DNA from: Hyphomicrobiales bacterium
GTDB taxonomy: Bacteria; Pseudomonadota; Alphaproteobacteria; Rickettsiales; JACKKO01
DNA length: 64,000 bases
NCBI GenBank assembly: GCA_024236395.1
Contig: JACKKO010000001.1
Location: 576,937 to 640,936 of the forward strand
Direction: 5' to 3'
In this document: positions 17,617 to 26,122 of the stretch, one piece after another
How positions within the stretch are numbered: position 1 is the stretch's first letter
How the letters are laid out: every line of letters begins with the position of its first letter
The notes under the pieces: model-generated
What the model was told of the DNA's origin: nothing
Database searches by the model: none
The model's input: only the letters and a program-made list of their open reading frames with translations
Made by a program: the position numbers and the translations under genes

Positions 17617-18684
17617 TTACCACTTGGTCTCTTTGTTGCGTACGGTGTGTTTCACTTCGCGCCCGCAATAATACTGCTTCACTTCCTTCTGCGTGGCGAT
17701 ATTGTAGATATCACGCCACCGTATACGCCCCTCATCCATGTAGGGATCGGAGAGCATGGGGGTATAATAGGTGCACTGGTCGAAGTAATAGTGCGTGACC
17801 TGACTCAGCCGCGTGCGTGTATTATCACTGATAGCATCGCCGCCATGGAACAAATTGGCTGACCAGACCAGCGCCTTGCCTTTGGGAACATAAAGGTGTT
17901 TCTTTTCAAACCCCTGCGCTTCCATGAGTGCCTGCACCAACTGCTCGTATTTTTTGTACTCCGTCATGTTAATTTCTTCTTCCCGTCCTTCCAGCATGTA
18001 GTCACTGCCCACTACGCCAAGGGTTGCCATGTCATAGACGGGGAGTTTATGGCTGCCCGGATAGTAGTGCAGCGCGCCATTGGTCTCATCAATGTCTTCC
18101 AGTGCAATCCAGACGCCGCACATAAAGCGTTCCGGGTAGCAATAGAAGTGAATCGCATCGCTGTGTGTTCCCTGTTCTGTGCCATAGAGGAAATTCAATG
18201 TTTGGAAGGGAATCGGCTCACGCTGATAGAGTAGCTGCAGCAGATCCATGATCTTGGGATGCGCCGCCAGCATGCGTGCATCCTCACTGAAGGCAAACGC
18301 ATCATGGATACGTCGCGGTGGATTGTCTTTATCAAACAGATTCTGGATATTTTGCGCCAGCGTATCAAAATTCGGGATATCCAGATCCACCACCACAAAT
18401 CCATCATCAGAATAGGCCTGCACCAGTTTCTTGGTTTCGCTATCCAGGCCGGATTTCTCAAGAATTTGCTTAAAGAACGGCGATTCCGTCCACGGCAACT
18501 GAAGATTCATTCCCTGATAGGAAGTATCAATTTTTGTAATTTTCAGATCAGATGCATCATGTGATTTGGTTTTGGCACTTCCCGGCTTAATTGCTGCTTT
18601 CGTCACGCGCTTCGCAGGTTTACGCGTGACAGGTTTGCGAGGTTTAACGGCTTTTTTTGTTTTTGTTGCAACGGCAGTTGGCAT
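17617..18684 (-). CDS. PhyH-family Fe(II)/2-oxoglutarate oxygenase, paralog of 16537-17541, with a basic N-terminal tail
   Basis: GTHSDAIHF (H-x-D), WSANLFHGGD, RLSQVTHYY. It shares ALED[VI]D..NG.L.Y.PGSHKLP with the neighbouring paralog. The N-terminal ~45 aa are KKAVKPRKPVTRKPAKRVTKAAIKPGSAKTK. Confidence 0.8.
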   Translation of the reverse strand: MPTAVATKTKKAVKPRKPVTRKPAKRVTKAAIKPGSAKTKSHDASDLKITKIDTSYQGMNLQLPWTESPFFKQILEKSGLDSETKKLVQAYSDDGFVVVDLDIPNFDTLAQNIQNLFDKDNPPRRIHDAFAFSEDARMLAAHPKIMDLLQLLYQREPIPFQTLNFLYGTEQGTHSDAIHFYCYPERFMCGVWIALEDIDETNGALHYYPGSHKLPVYDMATLGVVGSDYMLEGREEEINMTEYKKYEQLVQALMEAQGFEKKHLYVPKGKALVWSANLFHGGDAISDNTRTRLSQVTHYYFDQCTYYTPMLSDPYMDEGRIRWRDIYNIATQKEVKQYYCGREVKHTVRNKETKW

Positions 18685-18698
18685 AACATTATCCTTTG

Positions 18699-19559
18699 CT
18701 AGCTGTTGAGGTAGACATCTTTTAACCCGGTATGATCAATATACGCGATAAACAGGCCGGGCCAGTTGGATTCACACGGGCAAAGCGGATTCTCCGGTTT
18801 TCCCGTTTTAATCATACCAAAGAAATTCTGTACCAGATTCTCGCCCTCTTTACGGCCATCATCGTCAATATCAGAAATGGTATTGGAGAGATGAAGGCGG
18901 TAAAAATATAGCGGCCTTTCAATAAAAACCGGCTCAGTATAAAACAGGCAACGGAGCAGGAAATCATAATCGTGACAATAGCGATAATCCTTAAATATAC
19001 CCACTTTCTCGAAAAGGCTGCGTGTAAACAGAAAATTCCCCGTGGTGAGTGCTACGTTACGGGTAATTGTGGAAAAGCCGACGCTGGGATAGCGGCGGAT
19101 CGTATCCTGGTAGTGCTTTAAAGTATGTACATAGGTGCTCTGGGTGGGGTAGAGCGGCTTATTTTTCTCATCCACATACTCCACACCGCTGAAGACAAGA
19201 TCAGTCTTTCCTTGCTCAACAGGAACCAGCATCTCCGCAAAACGTGCCGGGTGAAAATAATCATCGGAATTGAGAATGGCCATAGCATCACCGGTGGCCT
19301 GCTTTAACCCATAATTAATTGCATTGTGGGCACCCTGGTTTTCCTTGAATTTGGTGAATTTCGTACCATCTTTACCAAAACGCGCTTTCCATTCCTTACT
19401 GGAAATAATCGCATCTACTACGGCAACGGACTGGTCTTTGGAAAAATCATCTACCAAAACAACTTCAATATCTTTGTGCGTTTGGGCATAGACAGACTGT
19501 AAGGCCTTTGCCACATACTCTTCGTGGTTATAGACCGGGATAATAACGGAAACACGCAT
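18699..19559 (-). CDS. family 2 glycosyltransferase
   Basis: MRVSVIIPVYNHEEYVAKALQSVYAQTH...VVLVDDFSKD...NSDD. The start is set at the ATG at 19559, which is preceded by GGAGGTGG. Confidence 0.85.
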   Translation of the reverse strand: MRVSVIIPVYNHEEYVAKALQSVYAQTHKDIEVVLVDDFSKDQSVAVVDAIISSKEWKARFGKDGTKFTKFKENQGAHNAINYGLKQATGDAMAILNSDDYFHPARFAEMLVPVEQGKTDLVFSGVEYVDEKNKPLYPTQSTYVHTLKHYQDTIRRYPSVGFSTITRNVALTTGNFLFTRSLFEKVGIFKDYRYCHDYDFLLRCLFYTEPVFIERPLYFYRLHLSNTISDIDDDGRKEGENLVQNFFGMIKTGKPENPLCPCESNWPGLFIAYIDHTGLKDVYLNS

Positions 19560-19569
19560 TACCACCTCC

Positions 19570-21333
19570 TTATAGGATTTGCAGGACTTTATTGGTCCAG
19601 CCGATGACGTATTTTTGTGTATCGTATACAGCAAGCGCCAGCTTATATTGTCCCTTAGGCAGGCCTGCCAGGTTGAAGCGGGCATCGAAGCCAGCAAGGC
19701 AAACCGTTTCCGGAGTACATTCACGGAAAATTTGTACCACATCACTACGCTCAAACCCACCCCAGATCAGTGCATGAAAGGTTTGTTTGGTTTCGATGTT
19801 TTGTAAGATCGCGGCCCGATAGGGATCCTCTACCTTCGCAGCAATATTCTCAGAAAACAACCAACCACGCAGGTGCAGTAGTTCCTGATTTTTGACCTGT
19901 ACCAGGTTGGTGCGGTTATCTGGTTTGTGGAAGATATCAATATGGAATGCAATGCGGTGCATTTGTGGCAGGGACTGTATAAAACCCGGCCACCCCGGCA
20001 TGAAGCTCAAACTATCTAGTAGCTCATTGAAGCCGTAGCGATCTTTGACCAGTTTCAACAGTGACTGAATGGTGCGGTCACGGATTTCCAGCTCTTTCTG
20101 ATAACGGTCAATGAGCTTGGAAACAGGCTCCGGTAATGGAATATCGCTGGCCAATACCAGCGCAGCCTGTTTATCCACAGGGACATCCCCCTGTTTTGCG
20201 CGTTTGGTGGCCTCCAGGTAGGCGTGGCCATATTTTTGATCAGGCTCCAGATGTGCGCCTTCGGCCCATTCGTTCCAGGCGTTGATGAACAACAGCCGGT
20301 TGCCGGGTTCCAGGCGATGCCGGGTTTCCTCTACAATGGTGGCCAGCCAGCTCTCATAGGCTTCCGGCGAAGAATCGAGGAAGATATACCCATTATTCTT
20401 ACGCCGGGCGGTATTATCCCAACTGGGCATGACCCCACGGTAAAGCGGAAAGGAGGGTAGTTTGCGCGTGAGGCTTAAGGAAACGATTTCATTATAGTCA
20501 TAAAGTTTTCCGCCAAATTCTTCGGACATGTCCTCCAACTCTTCTGTTTCCACATGGGAGAGGTCATACTGCAGCGGTGGAAACTCAATCATCGCGTCAA
20601 TGCCAAAGCTGGTCAAATCATGCTCCGGCTGTGTCATCACAGCGCAGATCTGTACCTCGTCAATGCCTTCATTCTGCCAAACTTTACGCCATAACTTGAG
20701 GGTATCCTGCAGGTTGGGAATATCAGTGGCCTTATAAACAATGAATAAAGGTTTACCCTGCACACGGATGTAACGCTCATCCTTAAGGATAGGTGCCACT
20801 TCTTTCGCAAAGAGTTCCGGGTCTTCCTTGCGGTATTTCTGCTCAATCAGGATATCGTCATCCATACCATCCCAGCGGCGCGTCCAGTTTTCATTGGCCC
20901 AACAAATGCAAAACGGAAAGTCGCTATCCGAAGCCAACATATTTTCTAAGGGCTTTTCCAACAGTTTTTTGCCACTGAACCAATAATAGTAATAACAGAA
21001 TGCATCCACACCATGTGCTTTGGCAAGACGTGCCTGTTCTTTCTGAATCTCACCCATACGCAAATCATAAAAACCCAGGTCAGAGGGGACATGCGGCTGG
21101 TAGTGTCCTTCAAACTGTGGCTGCCCTTTGGCAACGTTAGACCACTCGGTGAAACCTTTACCCCACCATTTGTCATTCTCTGGAATCGGGTGGTATTGTG
21201 GCAGGTAGAATGCAATCAGAAACGGATCTTCCTGCACATTTGCCAGAGGCCTGCTGCTTTGCTTATCCTCAATCTTAACAACAGCCTTTGGTGCGGTGGC
21301 GATTGCCTTTTTCTTTGCGGATGCACGTGCCAT
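19570..21333 (-). CDS. WbsX-like (GH99-like) glycan biosynthesis protein with a C-terminal extra module
   Basis: AFYLPQYHPIPENDKWWGKGFTEWSNV is the WbsX-family hallmark. The C-terminal ~120 aa carry LHLRGW...FERSDV. The start is set at the ATG at 21333. Confidence 0.8.
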   Translation of the reverse strand: MARASAKKKAIATAPKAVVKIEDKQSSRPLANVQEDPFLIAFYLPQYHPIPENDKWWGKGFTEWSNVAKGQPQFEGHYQPHVPSDLGFYDLRMGEIQKEQARLAKAHGVDAFCYYYYWFSGKKLLEKPLENMLASDSDFPFCICWANENWTRRWDGMDDDILIEQKYRKEDPELFAKEVAPILKDERYIRVQGKPLFIVYKATDIPNLQDTLKLWRKVWQNEGIDEVQICAVMTQPEHDLTSFGIDAMIEFPPLQYDLSHVETEELEDMSEEFGGKLYDYNEIVSLSLTRKLPSFPLYRGVMPSWDNTARRKNNGYIFLDSSPEAYESWLATIVEETRHRLEPGNRLLFINAWNEWAEGAHLEPDQKYGHAYLEATKRAKQGDVPVDKQAALVLASDIPLPEPVSKLIDRYQKELEIRDRTIQSLLKLVKDRYGFNELLDSLSFMPGWPGFIQSLPQMHRIAFHIDIFHKPDNRTNLVQVKNQELLHLRGWLFSENIAAKVEDPYRAAILQNIETKQTFHALIWGGFERSDVVQIFRECTPETVCLAGFDARFNLAGLPKGQYKLALAVYDTQKYVIGWTNKVLQIL

Positions 21334-21596
21334 ATATTCCCCCCCTAGCAAATGGATACTGAAGCAATATGTATTGTTCTAAAGGAAGAATGTGTAAAAA
21401 AAAACTGTCTTTTTACATATAACAATGCATCAGAAAGATTTGCTATGAAGTTGCCTTTGTTTCTTTACATATGGAATTGCACGTATCATTTTAAAAATTA
21501 AACGAAAGTATTTCTTGTGGTAAGAAGTGGCTGGCGAAAATTAAGATAATTATTAACATATGCTCTAAACAACATAAACCCCCTAGAATTGATGTA

Positions 21597-22109
21597 ATGG
21601 AAAAGCTAAAAGATATCGATAACTTATTTGAAGTTGATTTTCGAAGTCAGATAAGGGCACGCGAAGGCTTAGAAAAACTTCATGCTGAGATAAAACAATG
21701 CCTTCTCGATGAAGTGGTGCCGGAAGATATCCGTACTAACTTTGTTAGTGCATGCAATACATTGCTTTACTCTTGGTTCGCATATGCGATTTCTACAACA
21801 GCATTAATTCATGCGATAAGTACTTTGGAGTATGCATTAAAAAAAAGGATTTGTATTCAGAACAAAAAAAATCTTGGTTTAAATAAACTGCTAAGACAAG
21901 CAGAAGAAAAAGGACTAATACACGATGGTGTTTTTCGACACAGCTTTCCTGAAAAAACCAAACGTTTTATAGAGAGTATATCCCAAATTAGAAATGAACT
22001 CATGCATGGCACTTCGTTTCTTACTGATCAGGGGCAAATATTGCCCTTCTTCCGGAATATTTCGGAAGTAATAAATTGTTTGTTTCTGGAAGGGAAGGTT
22101 GAAAACTAG
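21597..22109 (+). CDS. hypothetical protein with a HEPN-like R-x4-H motif
   Basis: 170-aa A+T-rich ORF, predicted helical, with the motif SQIRNELMHG near the C-terminus. The stop lies 17 nt from the 3' end of tRNA-Met. Confidence 0.5.
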   Translation: MEKLKDIDNLFEVDFRSQIRAREGLEKLHAEIKQCLLDEVVPEDIRTNFVSACNTLLYSWFAYAISTTALIHAISTLEYALKKRICIQNKKNLGLNKLLRQAEEKGLIHDGVFRHSFPEKTKRFIESISQIRNELMHGTSFLTDQGQILPFFRNISEVINCLFLEGKVEN

Positions 22110-22125
22110 TATCAACAAAGATGAT

Positions 22126-22201
22126 TGGTAGGGGGTGAGGGACTTGAACCCCCGACCAAGGCGTTATGAGCGCCCTGCTCTAACCACTGAGCTAACCCCC
22201 C
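22126..22201 (-). tRNA. tRNA-Met or tRNA-Ile2 (anticodon CAU), elongator type
   Basis: Minus strand: GGGGGGT acceptor, TAGCTCAGTGGTTAGAGC D-arm, loop CTCATAA, T-arm GGGGGTTCAAGTCCCTC, ACCCCCT-A-CCA. It lacks the initiator hallmarks. Confidence 0.85.
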
Positions 22202-22259
22202 ACGGAAAAAGCTCCATAGCTATACCCACAGACGGGTCAGGAATCAAGCAAAGGAAACG

Positions 22260-22784
22260 TTATCGATATTCCGGGGTGCGGCCTAGCCAGTCAGTTTGGT
22301 ATTTGCCGTCACGACCCAGCCAATCGCCTTCCCCGCCCCAGTAATTCTGGTTGTAACCTTCGATACCTGAGGGAAGATCACCATCTTCCCGGTTCGCTGT
22401 CCACCACAAGCCAAGTCCTGCACCCAGCATGGGCTTACGATTACGCAGATTGACGCTGGAACTGAAACCATCCGTTCCCCAGAAGCCGTCCCCCAGGTAA
22501 CGGTTGATGAAGCTCCGGCAATATTGGTAGCCATCAGTCCAGGCACGGAAGTAAAGCGGGTGGCGCACCATTTTTAGATCCTGTTTGAATTTGTAGAAAG
22601 CGCGGTAATAATCGTTCCCATAGGCATGTAACCCGGATTCGCACCCGTCATCCCAACCCTGTTTAAATTCCGGGGCGGCATCGGCCGGGGCATGGGCCAT
22701 GGACCATGGGCGTGGTTTGCATGCCGAACCCAGGACTGTGGTAATGCATAACGTTATGATCAATACTGTAAAACGCTTCATCAT
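22260..22784 (-). CDS. secreted/lipoprotein paralog 1 of the GW-DGC module family, with a G/W/D-rich C-terminal extension
   Basis: Signal MMKRFTVLIITLCITTVLGSAC, then module FKQGWDDGCESG...YFRAWTDGYQYC. The extension contains two DWLGR repeats. The start could be 22793, 22784 or 22781. Confidence 0.65.
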   Translation of the reverse strand: MMKRFTVLIITLCITTVLGSACKPRPWSMAHAPADAAPEFKQGWDDGCESGLHAYGNDYYRAFYKFKQDLKMVRHPLYFRAWTDGYQYCRSFINRYLGDGFWGTDGFSSSVNLRNRKPMLGAGLGLWWTANREDGDLPSGIEGYNQNYWGGEGDWLGRDGKYQTDWLGRTPEYR

Positions 22785-22797
22785 CCTCTCCATTTTA

Positions 22798-23127
22798 CTA
22801 CCATGGCCGCAACCATGTCCACACATACCAGCGGCAATAGGTATAGGCATCTTTCCATGCGCGGTAATATTCCGGGTTACTCAGCAGGGTCATATCCTGT
22901 TTGTACGTATAGGCCCATTTATAGCGGTCATTGCCATATACTCCCAGTCCAGTATCACAGCCGTCATTCCAGCCTTGCTTGAAGATGGTGCTACCCTCCG
23001 GGGTTTCGCCCATTCCCCATGGGCGCGGACGCACCAACTGCTGGTACATTGCCTGGCAGCCGGATAATATTAGACAGGCTCCCATCAGCAGGCAGAGTGT
23101 TCGGAATGTGATGTGTTGTTGTTTCAT
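22798..23127 (-). CDS. lipoprotein paralog 2 of the GW-DGC module family
   Basis: Lipobox LILSGC|Q and module FKQGWNDGCDTG...YYRAWKDAYTYC. The start at 23127 is preceded by GAGGTGG. Confidence 0.7.
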   Translation of the reverse strand: MKQQHITFRTLCLLMGACLILSGCQAMYQQLVRPRPWGMGETPEGSTIFKQGWNDGCDTGLGVYGNDRYKWAYTYKQDMTLLSNPEYYRAWKDAYTYCRWYVWTWLRPW

Positions 23128-23134
23128 ACCACCT

Positions 23135-23455
23135 CTACAACACATGCCGCCGGTAATACTGGTAAAAATAACGCTGGCAATACTTAAACGCATCACGCCA
23201 GCCCTTATGGTATACGGGATCCTGTGCCTTAGACCAGTCCTGTTTGAAACCATAGAAAAACATGTACCACATATTCACTGTACTGCTGGCACCCGTTTCG
23301 CACCCATGCTGCCAGCCTTCCACATAAAGCGGTGTATATTCCCGTCCCGGCGGGGGGCCTTTAAACATCCATTGCGCCCAGGGCGGTCCGGCACGACACC
23401 CGCTGAGTGCGATGACCAGCGCCAGAAGTAACAAACACGGGCGGAACATACGCAT
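23135..23455 (-). CDS. lipoprotein paralog 3 of the GW-DGC module family
   Basis: Lipobox VIALSGC|R and module YVEGWQHGCETG...YHKGWRDAFKYC. The start codon overlaps the stop of paralog 4 (TGATG). Confidence 0.7.
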   Translation of the reverse strand: MRMFRPCLLLLALVIALSGCRAGPPWAQWMFKGPPPGREYTPLYVEGWQHGCETGASSTVNMWYMFFYGFKQDWSKAQDPVYHKGWRDAFKYCQRYFYQYYRRHVL

Positions 23456-23790
23456 CAGTAGGGCATCCGTTTAATGGTTTCACCATAACCGGCACAATAC
23501 AGAAATGCGTCCTTCCAGATATTGTAGTACATTTTGTTATTCCGCAGCTTGGGATCCATCTTTAGATCGAATGCGCGGATCAGCTTGTAAAAAGTTCCCA
23601 CGTAAGAATTTAGCCCGGATTCACAGCCATCGCTCCAGCCCTGGCGGTATTCCGGTGGTCCAGGAGGTGGCTCCAGGTTAAGTGAAACGGGTTTGCGCAG
23701 ATCCAGTGTACCGCCTTTACCCGTACAGGCAGGTACTGCCAGTATGATAACCAGCGGGAGTAAAACAATGCTGCTGTAACGCTTTTTCAT
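23455..23790 (-). CDS. lipoprotein paralog 4 of the GW-DGC module family
   Basis: Signal MKKRYSSIVLLPLVIILAVPAC|T and module YRQGWSDGCESG...YYNIWKDAFLYC. Confidence 0.7.
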   Translation of the reverse strand: MKKRYSSIVLLPLVIILAVPACTGKGGTLDLRKPVSLNLEPPPGPPEYRQGWSDGCESGLNSYVGTFYKLIRAFDLKMDPKLRNNKMYYNIWKDAFLYCAGYGETIKRMPY

Positions 23791-23792
23791 AC

Positions 23793-24125
23793 TTAGTGCG
23801 GGTCCACGTCAATCATATACATGCAATGGTTACGGCCAATCACATAACCGCGGTAATACTCACGATCCTCAATGGCACGGTTGGGGTCGTAAGTGAATGG
23901 GTGCAGGCGTTGCAGTGCCATGCCCGCGCTACCAATCTGAGTGGTGCAGCCATCTACCAGCCCCTGCGAGTAGCTGCTGCCATCGTCCGGGAACTTTCCG
24001 GCAAAGGCAATATTCGGTGCCCAGAATGAGTTCAAGGGGGGTGGTTTACATCCAGCTAGTGTCAGGATGGGGATGGCTAGTAGCATTGCTTTACAGACTG
24101 TATATATGGGGGAGCGGTATACCAT
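23793..24125 (-). CDS. lipoprotein paralog 5 (most divergent) of the GW-DGC module family
   Basis: Lipobox ILTLAGC|K and module YSQGLVDGCTTQ...YYRGYVIGRNHC, with both cysteines conserved. Confidence 0.6.
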   Translation of the reverse strand: MVYRSPIYTVCKAMLLAIPILTLAGCKPPPLNSFWAPNIAFAGKFPDDGSSYSQGLVDGCTTQIGSAGMALQRLHPFTYDPNRAIEDREYYRGYVIGRNHCMYMIDVDPH

Positions 24126-24201
24126 ACTGTTATTATAAGGGATAAACCTTAACAGAGGGTAAACAAAACACAGATAACGTTAAGACTTATAGGGCAAAAG
24201 G

Positions 24202-25191
24202 TTAAAGATGCATAAAGCCCTGTTTTGTAATACTTATTGACGATCCGGAGACATCCAGAAGTCGGGGGGCATGTTTACTCTTCGTTGCTATGCCAATCCG
24301 GGTGATGGGCAGGGCAAGTGTTTGAGAAAAATTCTTTATTTCTGCCAATTTGTCTTCTGGCGCGGTAAAAAGCAGTTCATAATCATCCCCGGCGCTAAAG
24401 ACCTGTTGCCAGATTTTCGGCCAGATTTCCGGATAGCGGGTTTCAAGGGCATGGGCAGCGGCAGACCGGGGCAGGGCGTTATACTGCACATCCGCCCCCA
24501 CCCCGGAAGCATGGCAGAGGTGCTGGAGATCGGCCAGTAACCCATCGGAAATATCCATGGCGCTGGTGGCAATTCCACGTAACTGTTGCCCCAGTGCGAT
24601 GCGTGGTTCCGGTAGTAAGTAACGGTGCAGCAGATAGTCCCGGTCGGTTTCCGGGAGATCGGGCAACTGACCCTTGCGCAGCATTAAGCCCAGTGCGGCA
24701 TCCCCCAGCGTGCCGGAGACATAAATCACATCGCCCGGCTGTGCCCCGCTACGCTGCAGGCAGGCGCCTTTCTCACACTGTCCCAGCATCGTAATAGAAG
24801 CAACCAATGTTCCATCATGTGCCGTGGTATCGCCGCCGGAAAGATAAATGTTATAGCGCAACTGCGTATCACCCAGACCGTTGGCAAATGCTTCCAGCCA
24901 TGCTGCGGTAACATTGCGTGGTAGTGTCAGACACAGTTGATAACTATGCGGTGTGGCGCCCATCGCCGCCATATCAGAAAGGTTTATGGCGAGTAGTTTG
25001 GCGGCAATATGCTGCGGTGCGTCATCCGGGAAGCAATGTACCCCTGCAATGAGTGTGTCACTGGCAATCAGCCATTCCTGGCCCTTCGGGCAGGGCGGTA
25101 GGCGGGCGGCATCATCGGTGAGGGCAAAGGTTTCCGGATGCTGCCGGGTCAGCGGGGTGAGCAAGATGTTGATGAAGTTGAATTCATCCAT
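24202..25191 (-). CDS. thiL: thiamine-monophosphate kinase
   Basis: 329 aa with an AIR-synthase-like fold pattern (ALTDDAARL..., LINLSDMAAMGA, GGDT). Confidence 0.9.
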   Translation of the reverse strand: MDEFNFINILLTPLTRQHPETFALTDDAARLPPCPKGQEWLIASDTLIAGVHCFPDDAPQHIAAKLLAINLSDMAAMGATPHSYQLCLTLPRNVTAAWLEAFANGLGDTQLRYNIYLSGGDTTAHDGTLVASITMLGQCEKGACLQRSGAQPGDVIYVSGTLGDAALGLMLRKGQLPDLPETDRDYLLHRYLLPEPRIALGQQLRGIATSAMDISDGLLADLQHLCHASGVGADVQYNALPRSAAAHALETRYPEIWPKIWQQVFSAGDDYELLFTAPEDKLAEIKNFSQTLALPITRIGIATKSKHAPRLLDVSGSSISITKQGFMHL

Positions 25192-25197
25192 GGGTAG

Positions 25198-25689
25198 CTA
25201 GACAAAGTCGGTGGAGCGAAGTTCCCGCGCCAAGCGATTGAGGATGCCATTGAGCAGCCCGGCTTCTTCCGGCTCCATAAACATATGTGCCAGCGTGACA
25301 TATTCATTCACAATTGCACGCGAGGGGGTTTCCTGCAACATCGCCAGCTCATACGCGGCGCAGTAAAGCACGGCGCGTTGTACGGCTAGCAGGCGTTCTG
25401 GTCGGTGCTGAGATTCCAGCGCACCGGCGATCATACCATCCAGCGTATCGCGATGCGTCATGACGCCTTCCAGTACCTGGCGCAGCAGCGTATTATTGGG
25501 GCGGGTGGCCAGCACAGATTCCAGTCCCTCTGTTGGGTCCTTATAAAAATCCATAGCCAGTGCGATCAGGTGCTCCACCATGGGCAATGGAGATTCTGGT
25601 TCCAGAGAGGTGCCATAAAGCGCCTGCACGGCCAGCAGGCGTGACGCGCGCTTACGCAGCATACCGGGTGCAAGAGGGGAATCAGCCAT
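25198..25689 (-). CDS. nusB: transcription antitermination factor NusB
   Basis: RLLAVQALY...AVLYCAAYEL... The start is set at the ATG at 25689 and overlaps the end of ribH by 8 nt, giving the usual ribH-nusB order. Confidence 0.9.
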   Translation of the reverse strand: MADSPLAPGMLRKRASRLLAVQALYGTSLEPESPLPMVEHLIALAMDFYKDPTEGLESVLATRPNNTLLRQVLEGVMTHRDTLDGMIAGALESQHRPERLLAVQRAVLYCAAYELAMLQETPSRAIVNEYVTLAHMFMEPEEAGLLNGILNRLARELRSTDFV

Positions 25690-26122
25690 GTTTCTTTTTC
25701 GATTTGGCAAACTGGGTTTGCAGGTTAAGCATGTCCAGGCAGGCCTGCGCAACGGCGGCCCCTTTATTACCCTGATCAGTATGCGCGCGAGCCTCGGCCT
25801 GAGCACGGTTTTCACAGGTGAGGATGCCATAGCCCAGCGCAATGCGCTTACGCATGCTCAGATCCATCAGGGCGCGGGCACTTTCCCCGGCTACGTAATC
25901 ATAATGGGTTGTTTCTCCGCGAATGACACAACCCAGTGCGATATAGCCATCATATTTCTTGGTTTTCATAGCCATGCTGAGTGCGGCGGGGATTTCAAAC
26001 GCCCCCGGCACATACACGCATTCATACGCTATTCCAGCACTTTCCAGCGCCTGTTTTGCACCATTTTCCAGCGCATCGGCAATGTCATCATAAAACCGGG
26101 CAGAGAGAATGAGGATTTTCAT
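25682..26122 (-). CDS. ribH: 6,7-dimethyl-8-ribityllumazine synthase
   Basis: 146 aa: VPGAFEIP, GCVIRGETTHYDYV. Confidence 0.93.
   Translation of the reverse strand: MKILILSARFYDDIADALENGAKQALESAGIAYECVYVPGAFEIPAALSMAMKTKKYDGYIALGCVIRGETTHYDYVAGESARALMDLSMRKRIALGYGILTCENRAQAEARAHTDQGNKGAAVAQACLDMLNLQTQFAKSKKKHG

Noticed and set aside
22135-22344. A 69-aa ORF overlapping tRNA-Met, and a 69-aa ORF (1554-1763) overlapping tRNA-Ala.
   Set aside because: Each overlaps a well-formed tRNA cloverleaf and has no independent coding evidence.
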